This document shows, one piece after another, positions 59,451 to 64,000 of a stretch of 64,000 nucleotides of DNA. The DNA is taken from positions 12,590-76,589 of the forward strand of contig JACQUD010000074.1 of assembly GCA_016210485.1 (NCBI GenBank), read 5' to 3'. The notes beneath the pieces are model-generated. The model was not told the DNA's origin. It did not search any database and saw nothing but the letters and a program-made list of their open reading frames with translations. The position numbers and the translations under genes are program-made. This DNA is from Chloroflexota bacterium (GTDB taxonomy: Bacteria > Chloroflexota > Dehalococcoidia > JACQUD01). Numbering within the stretch: position 1 is the first letter of the stretch; every line of letters starts with the position of its first letter.

Positions 59451-60224
59451 ATGAGAGAGGGGCGCTACCTGTATTGTATCGTCCCCGAGAGGGAGCAGAT
59501 GAGCCTGGAGAGCATCGGACTGGGAGGTAAAAAGACCTACACCATCCCCTATGAAGACCTGGCGGCCGTGGTCCACCGCTGCCCGGCTCAACCCTACGCC
59601 TCCCAGGAACATGAGATGGCGATAGCCTGGGTTACGGCCCATCAAGAGGTAGTGGAGGCTGCCTGGCGGAGATGGCATCCTATCCTGCCCCTGAGCTTCA
59701 ATAACATCATTGTAGGGGATACAGAGAAAGAAGCGGAGCAAAAGGTGAGGGGATGGCTGGAACATGAATACGAAAGGCTCAAGAGGAAGATGGAGAAGAT
59801 GACGGGTAAGGACGAGTTCGGTGTCCAGGTCTTCTGGCATCCCAGAGCCATTGCCCAGAGCTTGAGCCAGAGTAGCCCGGAGCTCCGCCAGATGGCTGAG
59901 GAGATTAAGGCCGCACCCAGGGGCCGAGCCTACCTGCTCCGGCAGCGGCTGGGAACATTGTTGAAGGAGCAAATGGAGGCCTGGGCCAGCCAGTGCTGCC
60001 AAGACATATATAGCAATATCCGCCAGCACATCGACGATATCTTTTGGGAAAAAACAAAGAAGAGCGAGGAGGATATGAAGATGCTCCTGAGCCTCTCCTG
60101 CCTGGTCTCCCGAGGGAAGGAAAAGGGATTGGGGGAGGAGTTGGAGACCATAAGCCGGAGGGAGGGCTTTTCAGTGCGCTTCACAGGGCCCTGGCCCCCC
60201 TATAGCTTTGTGGGAAATCCCTGA
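59451..60224 (+). CDS. Gas vesicle protein GvpL/GvpF family (third paralog)
   Basis: ATG at 59451 lies 1 nt after the gvpK stop. GRYLYCIVP....................Y.DLAAVVH ... ILPLSF, C-terminal FTGPWPPYSF. Confidence 0.88.
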   Translation: MREGRYLYCIVPEREQMSLESIGLGGKKTYTIPYEDLAAVVHRCPAQPYASQEHEMAIAWVTAHQEVVEAAWRRWHPILPLSFNNIIVGDTEKEAEQKVRGWLEHEYERLKRKMEKMTGKDEFGVQVFWHPRAIAQSLSQSSPELRQMAEEIKAAPRGRAYLLRQRLGTLLKEQMEAWASQCCQDIYSNIRQHIDDIFWEKTKKSEEDMKMLLSLSCLVSRGKEKGLGEELETISRREGFSVRFTGPWPPYSFVGNP

Positions 60225-60235
60225 GAGGAGACTTT

Positions 60236-60523
60236 ATGGAGCCAAGCCGCCATCCCCAGGCCACGCTGCAGGACCTGCTGAACCGAGCCTTGGACAGGGG
60301 GTTAGTGATAAACGCTGACCTCGTCATCTACCTGGCCGGGGTCCCCCTCCTGGGGGTCAACCTGAGAGCCGCCATAGCGGGCATGGAGACCATGCTCCAG
60401 TATGGCCTTATGAAGGAGTGGGACGAACAGCTCCGTGCCAGCGCGCAAAACAAGCTGGAGGCCGCCTCACTGCTTCCGGCCGCCCTCCCCAGCCGAGAAT
60501 GCCTGGAGGCGAAAGATGTCTAG
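60236..60523 (+). CDS. GvpA/J/S-family small gas vesicle protein (second minor paralog)
   Basis: ATLQDLLNRALDRGLVINADLVIYLAGVPLLGVNLRAAIAGMETMLQYGL is a GvpA-family core with a divergent C-terminal tail. Confidence 0.85.
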   Translation: MEPSRHPQATLQDLLNRALDRGLVINADLVIYLAGVPLLGVNLRAAIAGMETMLQYGLMKEWDEQLRASAQNKLEAASLLPAALPSRECLEAKDV

Positions 60524-62024
60524 AGCCGTCGGGATAGACCTGGGGACCACCTACACAGTGCTGGCCGTCATCGAGGGTGACCAGCCCAGGGTCATCCCCA
60601 ATGCCGAAGGGGAGCTGCTGACCCCTTCGGTAGTAACCTTCACCCAGGACGAGCAACCTTTGGTGGGACTGCCGGCCAAGCTTCAGGCCGCGGCTCACCA
60701 CCAATGGGCCGTAGCCTCCATAAAAAGGCATATGGGCTCCGGCCACAGGGTACAGGTGGGGGAGAGGGAGCACACCCCTGAGGAGATATCTGGCTTCATC
60801 CTGAGAAAGGTTAAGACCGATGCCGAAGCCTACCTGGGGGAAAGCATAGATAAAGCTGTTATCACCGTGCCCGCCTATTTCAACGACCGACAGCGCCAGG
60901 CTACTCGGCAGGCCGGCTTCCTGGCTGGCCTGCAGGTGCTCCGCATCATCAATGAGCCCACCGCCGCCGCCCTGGCCTATGGCCTGGACCGAGAGGATAT
61001 TCACACCGTTCTGGTCTGGGACCTGGGCGGCGGCACCTTCGATGTATCTATCCTGGAGATAGAGGCAGGAATCCTGGAGGTGAGGGCTGTCAGCGGGGAC
61101 CCTTGGCTGGGGGGAGACGACTACGACCAAAGACTGGCGGACTACCTGGCGGGGCTTTACCCGGAGCCCTGGGGGAAGGCCTTTCGACAGGATAGAAGCC
61201 TCCGGCAAAGGCTTCAGGAGGCCGCGGAGAAGGCTAAAATCGAGCTTTCCACTCAGCCCTGGGCTCAGGTCCGCTTGCCCACAGCCCTACCAGAGCGAGA
61301 GGAGACCGCCTCTTTCAAAACCACCGTTATCCGGGAGCAGTTTCAGGCGCTGACCCGAGACCTGCTGGAGAGGATGATACCCCCTACGGAACAGGCCCTG
61401 GCCGATGCCGAGCTGAAACCTGGCGATATCCACAGGGTGCTCCTGGTGGGAGGAGCCACCAGGATGCCCGCCGTCCAGGAGCTGGCCCGGGAGCTCCTGG
61501 GACAGGAGCCTTACCGGGGCCTCAACCCCGACGAGGCGGTGGCCCTGGGAGCCGCCCTCCAGGCCGGGATGCTCCTGGGTCAAATGAAGAAGACCATCCT
61601 CCTGGACGTGCTCCCTCTCTCCCTGGGGGTGGAAACCCAGGGAGGCCTCTTCGCCAGAGTCCTCCGCCGGAACATCCACCTGCCCGCGGCGGAGTCCCGC
61701 ATCTTCACCACCGCTGCCGACAACCAGACCTCCATGGACATCCATGTCCTTCAAGGGGAACAGGAGCGGGCACAGGACAACTTATCCCTGGGTCAATTCC
61801 AACTCCAGGACATCCCACCCCTATCTAAGGGCGTGCCCAGGGTCGAAGTAACCTTCGAGGCAGATGTGAACGGCATCCTGCATGTCTCCGCCCGAGACCT
61901 GCTCTCGGAGAGCGAGGCTAAGGCGGAGATGATTGCCCGCCCTGATCACTACCCAGAGAAACCCCCTCTATCTCTAGCTACTTCCCAGGGCCGCGCCTTC
62001 GAAACTCCCAGGATTTCAGGATGA
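60516..62024 (+). CDS. Hsp70/DnaK-family ATPase lacking the C-terminal helical lid (502 aa)
   Basis: ATG at 60516 overlaps the upstream gvp gene by 8 nt. VGIDLGTTYTVLAV, ITVPAYFND.QRQAT..AG.LAGL.VLRIINEPTAAALAYG, DLGGGTFDVSIL, VLLVGGATRMPAVQE, and linker plus beta-SBD ILLDVLPLSLGVET.GG.F. It ends ~40 aa after the beta-sandwich, with no alpha-lid and no EEVD. Confidence 0.9.
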   Translation: MSRAVGIDLGTTYTVLAVIEGDQPRVIPNAEGELLTPSVVTFTQDEQPLVGLPAKLQAAAHHQWAVASIKRHMGSGHRVQVGEREHTPEEISGFILRKVKTDAEAYLGESIDKAVITVPAYFNDRQRQATRQAGFLAGLQVLRIINEPTAAALAYGLDREDIHTVLVWDLGGGTFDVSILEIEAGILEVRAVSGDPWLGGDDYDQRLADYLAGLYPEPWGKAFRQDRSLRQRLQEAAEKAKIELSTQPWAQVRLPTALPEREETASFKTTVIREQFQALTRDLLERMIPPTEQALADAELKPGDIHRVLLVGGATRMPAVQELARELLGQEPYRGLNPDEAVALGAALQAGMLLGQMKKTILLDVLPLSLGVETQGGLFARVLRRNIHLPAAESRIFTTAADNQTSMDIHVLQGEQERAQDNLSLGQFQLQDIPPLSKGVPRVEVTFEADVNGILHVSARDLLSESEAKAEMIARPDHYPEKPPLSLATSQGRAFETPRISG

Positions 62025-62030
62025 GCCGAT

Positions 62031-62060
62031 TTGACAGCAGGAGGCAACCATCTCTAGAAT
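62031..62060 (+). promoter_or_regulatory. Promoter candidate for the GreA-like gene
   Basis: TTGACA at 62031-62036, an 18-nt spacer, then TAGAAT at 62055-62060. This suggests the gene is transcribed separately from the gvp operon. Confidence 0.5.
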
Positions 62061-62099
62061 AGAATAGTTTTCAACAGGATCATCCAGGAAAAGGAAGTT

Positions 62100-62921
62100 T
62101 TGCTGCCATCTGCGGACATCACCCTGGCCCAGACCTCGGCCCGCTATCTGGCTGGCCTACCGCCGGAGAAGCGGGCTGCGGAGCAGGGAGAGCTAAACAA
62201 ATTCATCCGCTGGTGCGGGAGTGACCGCCCCGTCGCCGGCCTCAGTGTCCACAATGTAGCCAGCTACGCCGAGACGGCCTCCGCCTGGGGAGGCGACGTT
62301 ACCCAAAGGCTGGAGCCGGTTCGCTCTTTCCTCCTCTTCCTTAAGCAGCAGAAGATAAGCTCTGTTAATCTAGCCACCCACTTGAAATGGAGGAAAGGCA
62401 CAGTTCGGGCCTCACCTCCTCCCAGAAAAAAGAGGGAACTTTCGGAGACTGAGGCCTCGGCTCTGAGCCTGGAGGGCCGCACCCAGATAGAGACGGATCT
62501 GGCAGCGCTCCGAGCGGAGAGGCCTCAACTGGCCGAGGAAATCCGCCATGCCGCGGCGGACAAGGACTTCCGAGAGAACTCCCCCCTGGATGCGGCCAAA
62601 GAGCGCCAGGCCCATGTGGAGGGACGTATTCGAAACTTGGAGACCCTCCTTCACCTCCACACCATGGCGGAGGCCACGGGCGACAAGAAAGTGACGGCCA
62701 AGGCCAACCTGGGCTCCCGATTGGTGCTCCATGACCTGACCCGAGACCAGGAGATGCGCTGCACCCTGGTATCCCCTGCCGAGGCCTCCCCCCGGGAGGG
62801 AAAGGTCTCCTCCACATCGCCCTTGGGTAAGGCGCTCTTGGATAAAGGCCCCGGCGAGGTAGTGGAAGTGACGGCCCCTGCAGGCAAGTTCCACTATCTC
62901 ATCGAGGCCGTGGAGGGATGA
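62100..62921 (+). CDS. GreA/GreB-family transcript-cleavage-factor homolog with a ~120-aa N-terminal extension
   Basis: TTG start. The C-terminal ~150 aa read L.L.G....E..L..LR.ERP...E.I..A..DKDFRENSPLDAAKERQ...EGRI..LE..L plus a GreA C-terminal domain (G.KVSS.SPLGKALL.KGPGEVVEV..P.G). The N-terminal domain resembles an integrase SAM-like core-binding fold; that similarity is weak. Confidence 0.7.
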   Translation: MLPSADITLAQTSARYLAGLPPEKRAAEQGELNKFIRWCGSDRPVAGLSVHNVASYAETASAWGGDVTQRLEPVRSFLLFLKQQKISSVNLATHLKWRKGTVRASPPPRKKRELSETEASALSLEGRTQIETDLAALRAERPQLAEEIRHAAADKDFRENSPLDAAKERQAHVEGRIRNLETLLHLHTMAEATGDKKVTAKANLGSRLVLHDLTRDQEMRCTLVSPAEASPREGKVSSTSPLGKALLDKGPGEVVEVTAPAGKFHYLIEAVEG

Positions 62922-62987
62922 GCACACAGACCATAAGGTCCCCTGATACTGCAAGCCACTGAGAGGCTGTAGGACTTATCAAATTCC

Positions 62988-63548
62988 CTAGCTGACCAGG
63001 TAGAGAGTGGGGAAAATAAAGACCCAGGCCACATCCACGAAGTGCCAGTATTTGACCACCGCCTCCACCCCCCAGGAGTTCCCCTCCTGTAGCCGCGCCC
63101 TCTGTCCCGGCAGCAGGGCCACCGTCAATGCCAGAAGGCCGGTGACCACGTGGAAGGCGTGAAACCCGGTCAGAGTGAAGAATATCGTCCCGTATCCTGT
63201 GGACGGCGGGAAGGAGCGAAAGGCCTCGGACCACTCCAGCCCCACCCCCACCAGGAACAATGCCCCCAGACCCAGGGTGAGCAAGATATTGCGCCTAAAA
63301 CGCTTTATATCGCCGTAGGCAGCGGCGGTCTCGCCACGATAGGCAGCCAGGCTGCTGAGGATCAGGACGATGGAGATGGCCAGGCCTAGGGGCTGGTTGA
63401 TCTCGGGGGGGCGTCGGACGCCCTGGAGGTAGAAGCGGCTGAACAGCAGGCCGAGGAAAAGGAAGCTGTCCGATATGATGAACAGCCACAGGCCCAGGCG
63501 GTGGATGGCCAACTTATCTTTGTGAGCGGTGTGAGCTATGACAGCCAT
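62988..63548 (-). CDS. ctaE: Cytochrome c oxidase subunit III
   Basis: LGLWLFIISDSFLFLGLLFSRFYL, FHAFHVVTGLL and WHFVDVAWVFIFPTLYL. Confidence 0.88.
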   Translation of the reverse strand: MAVIAHTAHKDKLAIHRLGLWLFIISDSFLFLGLLFSRFYLQGVRRPPEINQPLGLAISIVLILSSLAAYRGETAAAYGDIKRFRRNILLTLGLGALFLVGVGLEWSEAFRSFPPSTGYGTIFFTLTGFHAFHVVTGLLALTVALLPGQRARLQEGNSWGVEAVVKYWHFVDVAWVFIFPTLYLVS

Positions 63549-63552
63549 AGAA

Positions 63553-63759
63553 TTATTCCTCGTGGTGCCAGAGCTGTTTAATGTGCATGAAATAGTATAG
63601 GATGGGCAAGGCCCCAGGCAGCGTCAGAATAGCTAAATAGGGCCATGCCCCCCTCTTCACCCTTGTCCCAATAACATATTCAGTTACTTCCACGACCATC
63701 AAGGCCCCGAGCACATAGAAGCCCAGGCGCAGTTTGGCAGCTAAACTCGGCTTGCTCAT
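63553..63759 (-). CDS. Small two-TM protein, cytochrome oxidase subunit IV-like
   Basis: 68 aa with two TM helices. It sits between the subunit I and III genes, and its ATG overlaps the ctaD stop. Confidence 0.55.
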   Translation of the reverse strand: MSKPSLAAKLRLGFYVLGALMVVEVTEYVIGTRVKRGAWPYLAILTLPGALPILYYFMHIKQLWHHEE

Positions 63760-64000
63760 GTGGCCTCCTTCCCCCCGTCCTCACCCGCCCCACCTGGAGG
63801 CATGAGGGCGTGGACCGAGCCGGGCACCCCGTAGCTGTAGGGGGAGCCTACCACCTGGGGTGGGAGGGGGAAGTTATCCTCAGGTGGCGGGGAGGTTACC
63901 TGCCACTCCAGAGTCTGGGCATGCCAGGGATTGGCCGGGGCCCTGGCCCCCCTCCAGGCGCTGACCAGCAGATTGGACAGAAGTAGCAGAAAGCCCAGAC
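63756..64000 (-). CDS. ctaD: Cytochrome c oxidase subunit I, C-terminal end (5' part outside the window)
   Basis: Not in the ORF track. My minus-strand translation reads LGFLLLLSNLLVSAWRGARAPANPWHAQTLEWQVTSPPPEDNFPLPPQVVGSPYSYGVPG...KEAT*. The NPW.A.TLEW..SPPP..NF motif marks the subunit I C-terminus. Confidence 0.8.
   Translation of the reverse strand, partial: LGFLLLLSNLLVSAWRGARAPANPWHAQTLEWQVTSPPPEDNFPLPPQVVGSPYSYGVPGSVHALMPPGGAGEDGGKEAT

Overview
High-G+C bacterial chromosomal window. I counted about 70% G+C on a typical 60-nt line, and two lower-G+C islands give 48-52%. It is densely coded: about 80 protein genes, one tRNA and no rRNA or CRISPR array. PT-rich linkers, an 11-subunit nuo operon, ppdK and the gvp gene set suggest a Chloroflexota-like organism, but this is unverified.

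Gene order, left to right:
- ychF (partial) and initiator tRNA-Met.
- A TolB-like beta-propeller lipoprotein, aspA, a secreted caspase-fold peptidase, a HEPN+CBS protein and an IMPase.
- A tri-haem lipoprotein, a MoaD-MoaE fusion, a CoA-binding acyl-CoA synthetase-like protein and an alpha/beta hydrolase interrupted by an in-frame TAG.
- PadR with two ABC exporter half-transporters.
- nuoABCDHIJK-(small ORF)-LMN, with no nuoEFG.
- A ~1-kb AT-rich cassette bounded by perfect 18-bp inverted repeats, carrying a toxin-antitoxin-like gene pair.
- An ArsR/DsrE/ferredoxin/SHOCT/cytochrome c/SQR-like sulfur cluster.
- cmk-plsC-ispH, ppdK, a VOC protein, a methyltransferase and dgt.
- Fur with an Fe(III) ABC importer, a CBM-like surface protein, an amidase, comM and dnaJ.
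- ridA, a Zn-ADH and a DhnA-type aldolase.
- An ~8-kb gas-vesicle (gvp) locus.
- A GreA-like factor and the end of a cytochrome oxidase operon (ctaD partial, subunit IV-like, ctaE).

The most interesting signal is inside the gvp locus. One GvpF/L paralog carries a C-terminal J-domain with an intact HPD motif. The operon ends with a translationally coupled Hsp70 paralog that lacks the helical lid. Together these look like a dedicated J-protein/Hsp70 module for gas-vesicle assembly, which I am not aware of being described.

All family assignments come from reading the translations and from remembered motifs. No database search was possible.
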